Below, in pieces: positions 11,262 to 22,215 of a stretch of 64,000 bases of DNA (position 1 is the stretch's first letter; each line of letters begins with the position of its first letter). The DNA comes from Terriglobia bacterium. Lineage in GTDB: Bacteria; Acidobacteriota; Terriglobia; JAJPHL01; JAPKYU01. A program made the position numbers and the translations under genes. The stretch spans positions 736,001 to 800,000 of the forward strand of contig CBDBKE010000002.1 in the NCBI GenBank assembly GCA_965206645.1, in the 5' to 3' direction. The notes under the pieces were generated by a model, which ran no database searches, was not told where the DNA came from, and saw nothing but the letters and a program-made list of their open reading frames with translations.

Positions 11262-11645
11262 TCACGGAACTCTCTCGGTCCCGTTCAGGGCCTCGCGCAC
11301 ACGGCCCACCACGGCCTCCGCCATGTTTGCGTAACCCTCCAGCGATTCGCTGACCAGAATTTCCACCTGCGGGAAGCGGGTGCGCTGTTCAGCGATCAGC
11401 CGCGGCAGGTCTCGCCGCAGGTGCAGCCCCACGGTCAGGAAGTAGGGCATCACCACCAGTCGCGAAGCACCGCGACGGACAGCCTCCGCCACGGCCACGC
11501 CCAGGTCTGGCTGCGCAGAGTCGAGGAAAGCCGGCAAGACGACTCCGCCCGGCATGCTTTCCTCCACCCGACGCGCCAGCGCGGCGATCCCCTGATTGGC
11601 TTCGGGCACTGGTGAACCGTGAGCAAACAGAATCACCGTGGTCAC
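11262..11645 (-). CDS. CbiX/SirB-type sirohydrochlorin chelatase (single domain)
   Basis: LFAHGS and PYFLTVGLHLRRDLP motifs. Confidence 0.88.
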   Translation of the reverse strand: MTTVILFAHGSPVPEANQGIAALARRVEESMPGGVVLPAFLDSAQPDLGVAVAEAVRRGASRLVVMPYFLTVGLHLRRDLPRLIAEQRTRFPQVEILVSESLEGYANMAEAVVGRVREALNGTERVP

Positions 11646-12100
11646 GGGAGTTCCGTCCCGGGAGGTACCGAGTGGATGTAGGAGCGCATCAGGTCTGCTT
11701 CTTCAGAACGGTCGGCGATTTCCAACTGGAGCAGGTCGCGCAGTGAGACCATGCCCACCAGCCGCCCGGCTGAGACCACCGGCAGGTGGCGGCAGTTGGC
11801 CTGCTTCATGGTGCGAAGGCAGGTTTCGACCGAAATGCCTTTGTCCACCACGACCGGGTTGGGTGTCATGACCTTGGCGACCGGGGTAGCGTCCGGTTCC
11901 AACCCGGGGACCATCACTCGCATCATCAGGTCCCGTTCGGTGAAGACCCCGGCCAGCCGCTCGCTGCCGCCGGGCAGAGCCTCCAGCACTGCCACGCCGC
12001 CAACGTTGCGCTGCGCCATGTAGCGGGCGACGTCCAGAACCGACTGCTCGGTGCGCACGAAATACAGTTCGCGCTCAAGGAATTCCCCGATGCTGCCCAT
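11642..12100 (-). CDS. CBS-domain pair protein
   Basis: GVFTERDLM, VMTPNP and RHLPVV..GRLVGMVSLRDLL. Confidence 0.9.
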   Translation of the reverse strand: MGSIGEFLERELYFVRTEQSVLDVARYMAQRNVGGVAVLEALPGGSERLAGVFTERDLMMRVMVPGLEPDATPVAKVMTPNPVVVDKGISVETCLRTMKQANCRHLPVVSAGRLVGMVSLRDLLQLEIADRSEEADLMRSYIHSVPPGTELP

Positions 12101-12399
12101 GAGAAAACGCCCCCGGATTCTGCCTCAGCGGTAGCTTAACACAAAAAGTCTGCGCTCTGGTGAGTGGAGACCTGTTTGCCTGGTCTGGTCTAACTCTTGC
12201 CGTTTCAGAGAATTGCTGCAGCCTGAGAAACTATTAGAGGCGAAAGTTGAAATTGAAATAGCGGTCCATGTCGTTGGCGGAATCAGAATTCTACGTTGGT
12301 TTAAGGAGCGCCGCAAGCCGGGCAATACCTCCTTTTTGGCTTAGGGCTGCGCTCCCAGAAAAAGGGAACGACGGCTGGTCGGATACTGCTTGTGTTGTT

Positions 12400-13083
12400 T
12401 CATTGAGAAAAGGCCTCGGATGAAGCAGGCTTCGAAACTCTGGTTGATCCAGGGGGCACGGGCTCGGTCCCCGCTGCCAGTTTTGACTCAAGCTTTGCGT
12501 TATGGGCTTCGAGTTCGCCGATTCGGTCGTGAAGTCGCTGGATGATCGGCTGCATCTCCTCGACAGTGAACCGTTGCTGAATGTGCTGCGTACAGTTGAC
12601 ATCCCAGGCCTTCAGGTGGAAGACGAGGACCCTCTGCGGCCGCGCCTGGTAGTCGCGGTCGATGACCCGGTCAAGGAGCGCGGGGTCATTCTCGATGAAC
12701 TCTGCGGTTCCCCAGATTTTGATACGACTCTGATGTGGATAGTCCATTAAGAAGATAAATGCCTTGTCGTTCTCCGCCAGATTGCCAAGTGAGATGTACT
12801 GGGAGTTGCCTGCGTAGTCGGCCATCGCCAGGGTCTTCTCGTCGAGGACCTTAAGGAAGCCCTTCGGACCTCCTCGGTGCTGGATATAGGGCTGGCCTTC
12901 GGCGCTGGCAGTCCCAAAATAGAAAGACTCGCGCTCCGCGATGAACTCCTCCAGCTCCGGAGTGATAACATCGAGCCAACCCCCCCGTTGCTCCATCTTG
13001 GCGTAGGCGACTCGGGAACCGCGTGCCTTCTGGGCGGCCTTTACGGTTGGAGTAAAGGCAATGTCGCTAATTGGCCGGGCCAT
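12400..13083 (-). CDS. Pyridoxamine 5'-phosphate oxidase-family FMN-binding protein
   Basis: SDIAFTPTVKAAQ, PYIQHRGGPKGFL, DYAGNSQYISLGNL and WDVNCTQHI. Confidence 0.88.
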   Translation of the reverse strand: MARPISDIAFTPTVKAAQKARGSRVAYAKMEQRGGWLDVITPELEEFIAERESFYFGTASAEGQPYIQHRGGPKGFLKVLDEKTLAMADYAGNSQYISLGNLAENDKAFIFLMDYPHQSRIKIWGTAEFIENDPALLDRVIDRDYQARPQRVLVFHLKAWDVNCTQHIQQRFTVEEMQPIIQRLHDRIGELEAHNAKLESKLAAGTEPVPPGSTRVSKPASSEAFSQ

Positions 13084-13147
13084 GTTTCGTCTCCCTGTGA
13101 CGGGCCGCCGATTTCGATGCCGGCGGCCCGTGAGAGTCGCAGTTTTT

Positions 13148-14065
13148 TCATGCGGCGGAGGCGTGCTCGTTTTGGCGCACAACATTCTTCTCGAGGAAAT
13201 TGCGCATCAGGTTGGCAATCACTTCTCCGTCTTCCTCCAGTGCGAAATGCCCAGTGTCGAGCAGGTGGAAGTCGACATTGTCCAGATCGCGCTTGTATGG
13301 TTCGGCGCCTTCGGCGGGGAAGATGTAGTCGTTCTTGCCCCAGGCGATCAGCGTCGGCGGCTGGTGTTGACGGAGGTAGGCCTGCCACTCGGGATAGAGC
13401 GGCGGATTCGTTCCGTAGCTGTAGAAGAGCTCGATCTGGATGTCTTTGTTTCCGGGACGGTCGAGCAAGAACTGGTCGTTGAACCAATTGTCAGGTGCGA
13501 TCGTCTCGACGTTGCGAACGCCGGTGGTGTATTGCCATTTCGTCGCCTCGATCGTCAGCAGAGTGTCCCGAAGCACCTGGGCGTTCTCCGCTGTCTTTTC
13601 TTTCCAGAAGGCCTTAATCGGGTTCCAGAAGTCAAGAAGGCCTTCATCGTAAGCGTTGCCGTTCTGGACGATTAGGGATTGCACGCGTTCCGGACGACTG
13701 GCCGCGACGCGGTAACCGACTGGCGCACCATAGTCCATCAGATAGAGGCTGTAGCTGGTGAGCCTAAGCTTGTCGATGAACTTCTCGATGACCCGTGCCA
13801 GGTTGTCGAACGAATACTCGAACTCATCGAGACTGGGCATGGAGCTGGCCCCATAGCCGGGATAGTCCGGAGCAACGAGGTGGAAGCGATCCGACAACCT
13901 GGGAATCAGGTTGCGGAACATGTGCGAGGAGGTCGGGAAGCCATGCAGTAGTAAAATCGTTGGAGCATCTGATGGACCGGATTCCCTAAAGAAGATCTCC
14001 AACCCGTCGATCTCCACGGATCGGTGCATCGTTTGGCGTTGTGTTGGATTCATTGATTGGGCCAT
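13148..14065 (-). CDS. Alpha/beta hydrolase (epoxide hydrolase / haloalkane dehalogenase-like)
   Basis: [29 protein letters not shown] nucleophile elbow, DTGHFALE; RBS AAAGGAG. Confidence 0.9.
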   Translation of the reverse strand: MAQSMNPTQRQTMHRSVEIDGLEIFFRESGPSDAPTILLLHGFPTSSHMFRNLIPRLSDRFHLVAPDYPGYGASSMPSLDEFEYSFDNLARVIEKFIDKLRLTSYSLYLMDYGAPVGYRVAASRPERVQSLIVQNGNAYDEGLLDFWNPIKAFWKEKTAENAQVLRDTLLTIEATKWQYTTGVRNVETIAPDNWFNDQFLLDRPGNKDIQIELFYSYGTNPPLYPEWQAYLRQHQPPTLIAWGKNDYIFPAEGAEPYKRDLDNVDFHLLDTGHFALEEDGEVIANLMRNFLEKNVVRQNEHASAA

Positions 14066-14120
14066 CTGTCTATCTCCTTTGAATTCCCTTTGCAGGGTTT
14101 GACTCATCAACATCAGAAGA

Positions 14121-14136
14121 AGCACGGAGCGTTCCA
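14121..14136 (-). promoter_or_regulatory. Sigma-54 -24/-12 promoter for the hydrolase operon
   Basis: Minus-strand TGGAACGCTCCGTGCT has GG-N10-GC spacing, about 55 nt upstream of the hydrolase ATG. Confidence 0.75.
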
Positions 14137-14204
14137 AAGGTATTCTTGTCCTATATATGACTGATTACATTATATTTGCGTGCATTTCTACGGCCACTCG
14201 CCTT

Positions 14205-14260
14205 CAACGACTTGTCGTTAAAATAACGACTTACCGTTAACAGATAACGAAATCTCGTAT
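14205..14260. promoter_or_regulatory. Three palindromic enhancer-like boxes (AACGA-N4-YCGT)
   Basis: AACGActtgTCGTT, AACGActtaCCGTT and AACGAaatcTCGTA with 19- and 21-bp spacing, next to a bEBP gene. Confidence 0.65.
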
Positions 14261-14280
14261 CTACTGGCTTACAAACCGCC

Positions 14281-15948
14281 ATGGGGAACGACATAGTCCG
14301 GAGCCGTGGGTCGCAGGTCGAACCTGAGTCTCTCGATCTAGAGTTGCTTCAGTCCGTGTCGGTGGCGGTCGCAGAGGCTCGTGGCGTGGAGACCGTCCTG
14401 CAGAAGATCGTGACGGGACTAACTGACGAGGCGTCGTGTACGTTGGCCCGCATCTAGCTGACCGCGCCTGGTGACATTTGCGAACGGTGCCCGCTGCGGG
14501 CTGAGTGTCCGGATCAAGAGCGTTGCCTGCACCTGAAAGCCAGTATGGGGAAGCCAACGAATCCTTTGAGCGGCCATAGGTGGTACCGAATGGATGGTGA
14601 CTTTCAACGGTTTCCATTAGGTGTCCGGATCGTCGGACGTGTCGGTGCGAGCGGACAATCGGAATACCTGTTAAACACTGCCGACGACGAGAAGTGGATC
14701 GCACGCGATGACTGGCTGCATCGAGAGGGCATTCGAACGTTCGTCGGCCACCCACTCACATTCCGCGGGGAGATTCTCGGTGTATTGGGAGTATTCACGC
14801 GGGAACGGCTGAGTCCCGAAAAGGTGTCCTGGCTGCGCCTGTTCGCGGACCATGCAGCCGTAGCGATCACCAACGCCCGCGCGTTTGAGCAGATCCAGCA
14901 GCTCCGTCGCCGGCTAGAATCGGAAAACGAATATCTTCGGGAAGAGGTTAAGGTTGCACAAGGCTTCGGCGACATGGTTGGCCAAAGCTCAGCGTTGCGG
15001 GATGTGTTGGCCCAGGTTGGCCTTGTGGGACCCGCCGATACGACCGTGCTGATCTGTGGCGAGTCAGGCACTGGGAAGGAACTCATCGCGCGCGCGATTC
15101 ACGAGCGTAGCCGCAGGAGGGCCCGTGCGATGGTCAAGGTGAATTGCGGTTCGGTGCCGCGGGAGCTGTTCGAAAGCGAGTTCTTCGGCCACGTCAAGGG
15201 CGCGTTCACCGGGGCAAGCAGGGACCGTGTCGGCCGCTTTCAGCTTGCCGACGGAGGAACACTTTTTCTGGATGAAGTCAGCGAGATCCCGGTGGATCTG
15301 CAGAGCAAGCTCCTGCGCGTGTTACAAGAGGGGACGTTCGAGCGGGTCGGGGATGAGCGCACGCGAACGGTTGACGTAAGAGTCATTGCGGCGACCAACC
15401 GAAATCTGAAACACGAGGTTGAAGCGGGGCGGTTTCGGGAGGATCTTTATTACCGGCTCAGCGTGTTCCCCGTCAACGTCGCTCCGCTCCGTGAGCGGCT
15501 GGACGATGTTCCAATGCTGGCCGAGCACTTCCTCGAGCAGGCCAGTCGGCGGTTGGGCGTTCCGACACAGAGGCTCAAGCGCCGGCACGTCGAAACTCTT
15601 CAGCGCCACGAGTGGCCGGGCAATATCCGCGAGCTGCAGAATATGGTTGAGAGGGCAGTCATTGGGGCGCAATCGGGCCCCCTGGAATTTGACTTATCCG
15701 GCGCCGTGAGCGACAAGAACCGCGGCTCTGTTGAGGCGATTGAGTCAAAGAAAGGTCCCAAAGAGGTTCTGAACTACAAACAACTCAAGCGCGATGAGCG
15801 GGACAACCTGCTTGCAGCGCTGGAGGCAGCCCATTGGAGAATCTCAGGCCCAACCGGAGCCGCCAGACTACTCGGACTCAAGCCCACCACTCTGGCCTCC
15901 AAGATCAAGTCTCTAGGCTTGCGCAAAGGGCAAAAGGGGATGCGGTGA
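14281..15948 (+). pseudogene. GAF-domain sigma-54 enhancer-binding protein (FhlA/NifA-like) with in-frame TAG at 14455-14457
   Basis: ATG 14281 is in frame with ORF 14545..15948; reads LARI*LTAPGDIC; GESGTGKE, GAFTGA, LFLDEV, WPGNIREL and the HTH are intact. Confidence 0.8.
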
Positions 15949-16415
15949 AAGGGAAGCCTAAAACGATGCCAGCCGACCCGGCCTTCGATCAACGGGCATT
16001 CGATCAACGAATGATGCGGCGTTGTATCGATCTGGCCATCCTGGCAACTAAGGCTGGCAACACACCGGTCGGCTGTGTGATCACGCTGGAGGGACAGATC
16101 GTGGCGGAGGCGGAGGAGCGCTCACCAGCCGGTAACGACCCTTTTGCACATGCTGAGATTCTTGCAGTCGTGGCAGCTCTGCGGGCTGCTGGCCGAACGA
16201 AGTTGTCACAGGCGACACTTTACACAACCAACGAACCTTGCTTCCTCTGCTCTTATGCGATTCGTGAGGCTCAGATCAGCCGCGTCGTTTTCTCGGTGGA
16301 GAGTCCGGGTGTTGGCGGTGCCACATCTAATTACCCCATTCTGAAGGCGCGGGACATCGACCGCTGGAGGACGCTGCCGCAAATTGAGAAGGGGCTCCTG
16401 GCTACCGAGTATTAG
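15945..16415 (+). CDS. Zn-dependent nucleoside/tRNA deaminase (TadA/guanine deaminase-like)
   Basis: AHAE and LYTTNEPCFLC motifs; GTG overlaps the upstream TGA. Confidence 0.85.
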   Translation: MKGKPKTMPADPAFDQRAFDQRMMRRCIDLAILATKAGNTPVGCVITLEGQIVAEAEERSPAGNDPFAHAEILAVVAALRAAGRTKLSQATLYTTNEPCFLCSYAIREAQISRVVFSVESPGVGGATSNYPILKARDIDRWRTLPQIEKGLLATEY

Positions 16416-16729
16416 AAGCAGCTGGCGAAATAGGGTGCTCCATCTATGAACTCGCCGAAACGAGGTGCGTCCGTGGCCTACTCTGCCGGCTGGCTTCGTC
16501 TCCCAGACAACTGCCTCAGCTTGGCAAGAACCCGCCAGGCTATCTCCGATCAGCCTCCTGGCCGTCGTGGAGGCGGCGGTGCCGGCCAGTCACCAGGCGC
16601 CAACCAGCCCTTTAGCCCGAATGCCTACCTGCTGCGTTTTAAAGAACTTTCTTGCCCGGGTGTTATACTGAAAGCTACCCGGAACCGCCAAGAGGAAATT
16701 CCGTCTCAGAATCGAAGGTTCCCGTAAGG

Positions 16730-18565
16730 ATGACATTGGTAACAACACAGCCGCATGCGCCGGCCAAGCAGCGTGTGCGCAACGAAACCATCCGCAACAT
16801 CGCCATTATCGCGCACGTCGATCACGGCAAGACCACGCTGGTGGACGCCATGCTCCGGCAGAGCGGCATCTTCCGCGAGAACGAAGCGGTGGCGGATCGC
16901 GTCATGGATTCCAATGAACTGGAGCGGGAGCGTGGCATTACCATCCTGGCCAAAACCACTGGCGTCCATTACCGGGGCGTAAAGATCAACATCGTGGACA
17001 CGCCGGGCCACAGTGACTTCGGCGGGGAGGTAGAGCGCGCGCTGAAGATCGCCGACGGCGTCATGCTGTTGGTGGACGCGAGCGAGGGGCCGCTGCCGCA
17101 AACACGCTACGTGCTGATGAAGGCGCTGGAGGCCAACCTGCCGCCCATCGTGGTCATCAACAAGATCGACCGGCCCGATGCGCGCATCCCGGAAGTCCTC
17201 GACGGGATCTACGACCTGTTCATTGACCTGGACGCCACCCAAGACCAGCTCGATTTCCCGGTGATCTACACCAACGCGCGCACGGGCATCGCCCATAAGG
17301 CGCTGGACGACGGATCGGAAAATCTGCGGCCGCTGTTCGACGCTATCTTGAGCGACATTCCCAGCCCGGCTGGCGATCCCGAGAGCATCCTCCAGGTGCT
17401 GGTTGCCAACCTGGACTACAGCGACTATCTGGGGCGGCTGGCTATCAGCCGCGTGTTTGAGGGAACCCTGCGGCTGGGCGACATGGTCGGCATCGTGAAG
17501 CTGGACGGCTCGCTGCAAAAAACGAAGATCACCAAGCTCTATTCTTTCGTGGGCCTGAAGCGGGTGGAGGAAACCGAGGCGCGCCCCGGCGACATTCTGG
17601 CCATCGCTGGCGTGGCAGGCATCACCATCGGCGAAACGGTCACCGATTCCGAAGCACCGCGCCCCCTGCCGCACATCCAGATCGACGAGCCGACCATCGC
17701 CATGAACTTCACGGTCAACACGTCGCCGTTTGCCGGCCGCGAGGGTACCTACGTGACCTCTCGTAATCTCCGCGATCGACTGGAGAAGGAACTGCTCGGC
17801 AACGTCTCGATCAAGGTGGAAGAGACCGGCGCAGACTCGTTCCAGGTGATGGGCCGCGGTGAACTGCAGCTTGCCATCCTCATCGAAATGATGCGGCGCG
17901 AAGGATATGAGCTGGCGGTGGGCAAGCCGGAGATTCTCACCAGGGAAATCAACGGCAAGCTCCACGAGCCGTTGGAACTGCTGGAAATCGACTGCCCCGA
18001 AACTTTCCTGGGCGTGGTGATGGAGAAGTTGGGGACCCGCAAGGGAAAGGTCGTAAAGATGGTAAACCACGGCACGGGGCGGGTGCGGATGGAGTTCCAC
18101 GTGCCGTCCCGTGCCCTGATCGGACTGCGCAGCGAAATCCTCACCGGCACCCGGGGCACGGCCATCATGAACTCGCTGTTCCACGGCTACATCGAGTGGC
18201 AGGGCGACATTGCTTCCCGGCCCACCGGGGTGCTTGTGGCCGACCGCGGGGGCAAGGCTACCGGTTATGCCATTTTCAATCTGCAGGAACGCGGAGAAAT
18301 CTTTATCACCCCGGGCATCGAAGTTTATCAAGGCATGATTATCGGGGAAAACTCGCGCGACAAGGACATGGACGTCAACATCGTCAAGGAGAAGAAGCTG
18401 ACCAACATGCGCGCCTCCACCGCCGACGACGCGATCCGCCTGGTTCCGCCGCGCATTCTCAACCTGGAACAAGCCATCGAGTTCATTCGCGAAGACGAAC
18501 TGGTGGAGGTAACTCCGCAGTCGATCCGGCTGCGGAAGAAAGTCTTGAACGCCAGCTTCCGGTGA
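16730..18565 (+). CDS. typA: Translational GTPase TypA/BipA
   Basis: [37 protein letters not shown] and KKLTNMRAS; start 16730 or 16775. Confidence 0.97.
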   Translation: MTLVTTQPHAPAKQRVRNETIRNIAIIAHVDHGKTTLVDAMLRQSGIFRENEAVADRVMDSNELERERGITILAKTTGVHYRGVKINIVDTPGHSDFGGEVERALKIADGVMLLVDASEGPLPQTRYVLMKALEANLPPIVVINKIDRPDARIPEVLDGIYDLFIDLDATQDQLDFPVIYTNARTGIAHKALDDGSENLRPLFDAILSDIPSPAGDPESILQVLVANLDYSDYLGRLAISRVFEGTLRLGDMVGIVKLDGSLQKTKITKLYSFVGLKRVEETEARPGDILAIAGVAGITIGETVTDSEAPRPLPHIQIDEPTIAMNFTVNTSPFAGREGTYVTSRNLRDRLEKELLGNVSIKVEETGADSFQVMGRGELQLAILIEMMRREGYELAVGKPEILTREINGKLHEPLELLEIDCPETFLGVVMEKLGTRKGKVVKMVNHGTGRVRMEFHVPSRALIGLRSEILTGTRGTAIMNSLFHGYIEWQGDIASRPTGVLVADRGGKATGYAIFNLQERGEIFITPGIEVYQGMIIGENSRDKDMDVNIVKEKKLTNMRASTADDAIRLVPPRILNLEQAIEFIREDELVEVTPQSIRLRKKVLNASFR

Positions 18566-18907
18566 GTCAATCTGGCGGAGAGGGAGGGATTCGGTCTTTA
18601 CCTGCCGCCTGAAACCATGCACGTTAGGCCAAACGGACTAAAAGTACCAGAAACCCACCCGCCTGCTACATTTCTGCTACACGCGAGTCAGGCGCGAACC
18701 CGGCGAAACACAAGATGTTCCCTCCCCGTGATCCGACACTCAATCACGCAGAATCGCCCGCTGAGCCCCTGTGATAGCTGAGGTGCACTGGGGGAAGCCT
18801 TGCCTGACTGACAATCGGCACTGCAAGCAAGAGTGGAGAGGAAGTCGGGAGTCACATTGTTACCCCAAGTCATCATCTCCCCCCGGAAGCTTGGGGGCAG
18901 TGTGATA

Positions 18908-19075
18908 TTACCTCCTCCTTACAGCATCGGCAGCTCGACTCAGCCCCGTGGTCACATGGCGCATCGCCTCTGTCAATTTCTCTTTAGCGGGTTCCCAGAA
19001 GAGGTGGAGAACACCAGCAAGCACCACTATTGCGACCAGGAGTGCGAAGACTAGCCAGTTTGCACGATCCTTCAC
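18908..19075 (-). CDS. Putative 55-aa single-pass membrane protein (not in ORF track)
   Basis: MKDRANWLVFALLVAIVVLAGVLHLFWEPAKEKL...RRR*; GTG start with weak AAGG. Confidence 0.35.
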   Translation of the reverse strand: MKDRANWLVFALLVAIVVLAGVLHLFWEPAKEKLTEAMRHVTTGLSRAADAVRRR

Positions 19076-19289
19076 CTTGAACCTTCGTTCTGCTCAGATT
19101 GTCAAGGGCGGAGTAAAACTAGACCACTCCGGCGGAGAGAAAGTAGACCAGTTCAGGGGTGGTGGAAGCTTTGATTTGAGAGGGAGTTGCGGGGGCGGTT
19201 GGAGCGGAGGCCTGCGACGCCCGCAGGGCGGCGCGGTTAGGCCGGAGTGGAAGCCGCCCTCGCAACTCGTCGCCCAGTATTGGGTGAGA

Positions 19290-20054
19290 TCAGGCGCGAG
19301 GCTTTCCGGAACGCCTTCGTTTGCTGTCCTTGAGCCGGTAACTTTCCCCGTTCATCTCCAGGATGTGGACATGGTGGGTGAGACGATCCAGCAGGGCTCC
19401 GGTCAGCCGCTCCGATCCGAAGGCCTCCGTCCATTCGTTGAACGGCAGGTTGCTGGTCACCACGGTGGCGCTGCGTTCGTAGCGCCGGCTGAAGACCTCA
19501 AACAGCAACTCCGCCCCAGTCTTGGATAGCGGCACGAAACCCAGCTCGTCAATGATCAACAGCTCGAAACTGGAGAGCATCTTCTGGAACCGCATCAGGC
19601 GCCGCTCGTCCTTGGCCTCGATCAGCTCATGCGCCAGGGAGGCCGCCGTAGTGAACCGGACCCGGAACCCTTTCTGACAGGCGGCCAGTCCCAGCGCCAA
19701 CGCAATGTGGGTTTTTCCCGTGCCCGAGTTCCCTAAAGCCAGGATGTTCTCCTTGCGTTCGATGAACTCGCCTCGGGCCAGCTCGAGCACCAAGGCCTTA
19801 TTCAGCGACGGAAGGGCCAGGAAATCGAAACTGTCGAGGCTCTTCACCACGTCGAACCTGGCTTGGTGAATGCGCCGCTCGGTGGCGCGCCGTTCCCGGT
19901 CCAGCAGCTCCAGCTCCGTCAACCGCAGCAGGTAGCGCGGGAAGTCCACGCCCTCGGCAGCGCACTGCTGCGCCACCTTGTCGTACTCACGCAAAAAGGT
20001 GGGTAATTGCAGGGCCTTCAGATGGTGTTCCAGCAACACCTGGGGCGTGTCCAT
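19290..20054 (-). CDS. istB: IS21 helper ATPase
   Basis: GNSGTGKTH, LIIDELGFVP, TSNLPF.EW and LDRLTHH. Confidence 0.95.
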   Translation of the reverse strand: MDTPQVLLEHHLKALQLPTFLREYDKVAQQCAAEGVDFPRYLLRLTELELLDRERRATERRIHQARFDVVKSLDSFDFLALPSLNKALVLELARGEFIERKENILALGNSGTGKTHIALALGLAACQKGFRVRFTTAASLAHELIEAKDERRLMRFQKMLSSFELLIIDELGFVPLSKTGAELLFEVFSRRYERSATVVTSNLPFNEWTEAFGSERLTGALLDRLTHHVHILEMNGESYRLKDSKRRRSGKPRA

Positions 20055-21553
20055 CAGCAGACTCCTTCCCGGAGCAGGGTCAGATAGTCGGCGGCGGCTG
20101 TGGTGGCCACCTGCGTCGCCGGCAGGTGCGGATAGTGCTCCAGGTCCAGCCGCGCCGGCCGCTGCTCGATCCGGCCCAGCAGCAGATGCTTGACCGCGTC
20201 AGACCAGATCGCCCCCAGCCGCAAGGCGTCCTCGACGGCCAGCGACACTTCCGTCCAACGGAACGTCTCCAGCCGTCGCAGGACCTGCACATACTCCCGC
20301 TTGCCCTTCTTGCCTAACCGCGCCTCCATCAGCCGCCGCAGTTGCGCGAAGCCTTCCGGCAACTCCCAGCCGGCCAGGGGGGCGGCCTGGTTCAACGCGT
20401 TCGGCTTCTGCTCCAGCAGCGCCAGATAGTGCAACGGATCGAAGATCATCTCTTCCCGTTCCTAGCTCCGGACATGGCGTGCGATCACTTCGCTCGCTGC
20501 ACAGATCACCACTTCCTCGACGAATCCCTTCACCAGCACCTCCCGGTGCCCCCAAGCCACCGGCACCGAATAGTCGTTGGATCGATACCGCACCAGCGAC
20601 AGTGACGTCACCCGTGTGGTCCGTTTGTCGCAGGCCTCATAGGGCGTCGCCGGCAGGGGCAGCAGCCTCTGTTGATCCTTCGCGAACCGCTCGCCGATCG
20701 TCTCTTGATGTCCTCGCAGACGCCGCTCTCGCCGCCGGGTGCACTGTTCCCGCAGCTTCGCGTGCAACTCCTCCCAGCTGGCACACCGCGGCACCGGCAC
20801 CAGGAAGTTCCGCCGCACGTAACCCACTAGTCCTTCCACTTTCCCTTTGTCATTGCCCTTGCCCGGTCGTCCGAACTTCTCCGCAAACAGGTAGTGACTC
20901 TGCAGTTCGGAGAACGCCCGCGTCTTGTTCCGTGTTCCGTCACCCAGGATCTGCCTCACCGCCAGCTTGGTGTTGTCGTACAGGATCGTGCGAGGCACTC
21001 CGCCGAAGTAGCCGAACGCCTGGTTGTGCCCTTCTAAGAACGCTTCGGTCGTCTCAGCCGGAAACGCCATCACGAAGCAGTCGTCCGATTGCGGCAGCTC
21101 CATCACGAAATAGTGCGCCTTGCGCTCCACCCCGCCGATCACCACTTGCGCTTCGCCAAAGTCGGCCTGGGCCTCCCCCGGTGGATGCTCCAGCGGCACG
21201 AACATCTCCCGCTGGCTCAGCTTCCGCAGCCGCACGTAGTCCTTCACGATGGTGTAGCCGCCCGGGAATCCGTGCTCCTCCCGCAGCCGCTCAAAAACCC
21301 GCTTGGCCGTGTGGCGTTGCTTCTTGCTCTGGGCCTTATCTTGCTCCAGGATCTGGTCGATGATCCCCACCCAGGCATCCAGCTTCGGCCGCCGCGCCGG
21401 CTGCTGCCGCCGATAGCCCGGAGGGATCGAGTACCGCAGCATCTTGCGGACCGTCTCGCGGGCTAGCCCGAACTGCCGCGCCGCCTCCCGTTCACTGATC
21501 CCCTCAGCCTGAACTGCTCGTCGAACACGCGCATAGAGTTCCACTGTGTGCAC
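20054..21553 (-). pseudogene. istA: IS21 transposase with nonsense codon at 20462-20464
   Basis: GEAQADFG, ILYDN and KGKVEGLVGY; reads IARHVRS*EREEMIFDPLHYL in frame with ORF 20054..20449. Confidence 0.9.
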
Positions 21554-21686
21554 ACCTCCGGTGTTTCACGAAACACATCAGAATCACAATGTTTGATGGA
21601 ATCGAACTGCGCTGGTCTAATTTTGCACCGCCAGAAACCGCCGCTTACGCGGCGCTCCCTGGTCTATTATTGCTCCGGCGTTCATA

Positions 21687-22215
21687 TCCCCACCAGGACC
21701 CCGGCGAACAGTCCCGTAAAGCGGGCCACGCGAGCGTTATTGGTAGCCAGCAGGACAACGAACATGAGGAAGAACGAGATCACCAGCTCAGCCAGGAACG
21801 CGATGCCGCGCCCGTGCGTGCCGGGAACCGTGGCGACGTAGCGAACCGAGGGATGGCCGATTGCACTTTTTAGCACCAAAGCCACGAGCAAGATTCCAGC
21901 CAGCGCGCCGGCGAACTGAGCCACGACATAGAAATATGCGTCCCAGGGCTTGATTTTTCCGAGCCGGAAGAAGGTCAGCGTGATCGCGGGATTAATGTGT
22001 GCCCCGGACTGCTTGCCCCACGGCGAATAAATAATAGCCACGGCAGTCAGGCCCATCGCCAGGCCCATCAGGGAGCGGCGAAGCCAAGGGTTGGCGATGG
22101 CCTGACGGGCGGGCGAACCCGGGCACTCAAAAAATGTGGCAAAGACACCCGCCGAGATCATGAACAAGCTGAGCCCGGCAGCCTCCATGAGATATTCGGG
22201 CCAGTGGTGTCTTAA
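21687..22215 (-). pseudogene. Aquaporin/MIP channel fragment truncated at both ends
   Basis: LRHHWPEYLMEAAGL...SGAHINPAIT; only one NPA; 5' end abuts IS1380 and the stop codon is supplied by IS21. Confidence 0.85.

Larger units (their letters stand above)
19100..21686 (-). mobile_element. IS21-family insertion sequence (defective)
   Basis: istA-istB pair; ends TGTCAAGGGCGGAGTAAAACTAGACCA and (reverse complement) TATGAACGCCGGAGCAATAATAGACCA, each with a second internal TAGACCA repeat; no target duplication. Confidence 0.9.

Noticed and set aside
12125-12325. 66-aa ORF preceded by AAGGAGG
   Set aside because: SD is too close to the TTG, composition is not protein-like and no family is recognisable
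16413-16433. Premature stop in the deaminase (EY*KQLAK*)
   Set aside because: Only six codons are affected and the catalytic domain is complete
16706-18622. 638-aa antisense ORF to typA, and similar shadow ORFs opposite copA, the TPR gene and nusA
   Set aside because: Expected from high-GC codon bias; no recognisable motifs
14455-20464. Amber (pyrrolysine or alternative code) read-through at the in-frame TAGs in the bEBP and istA
   Set aside because: They appear to replace different residues (W and Y) by single-base changes in accessory genes, and TAG ends normal genes such as selD and uppS
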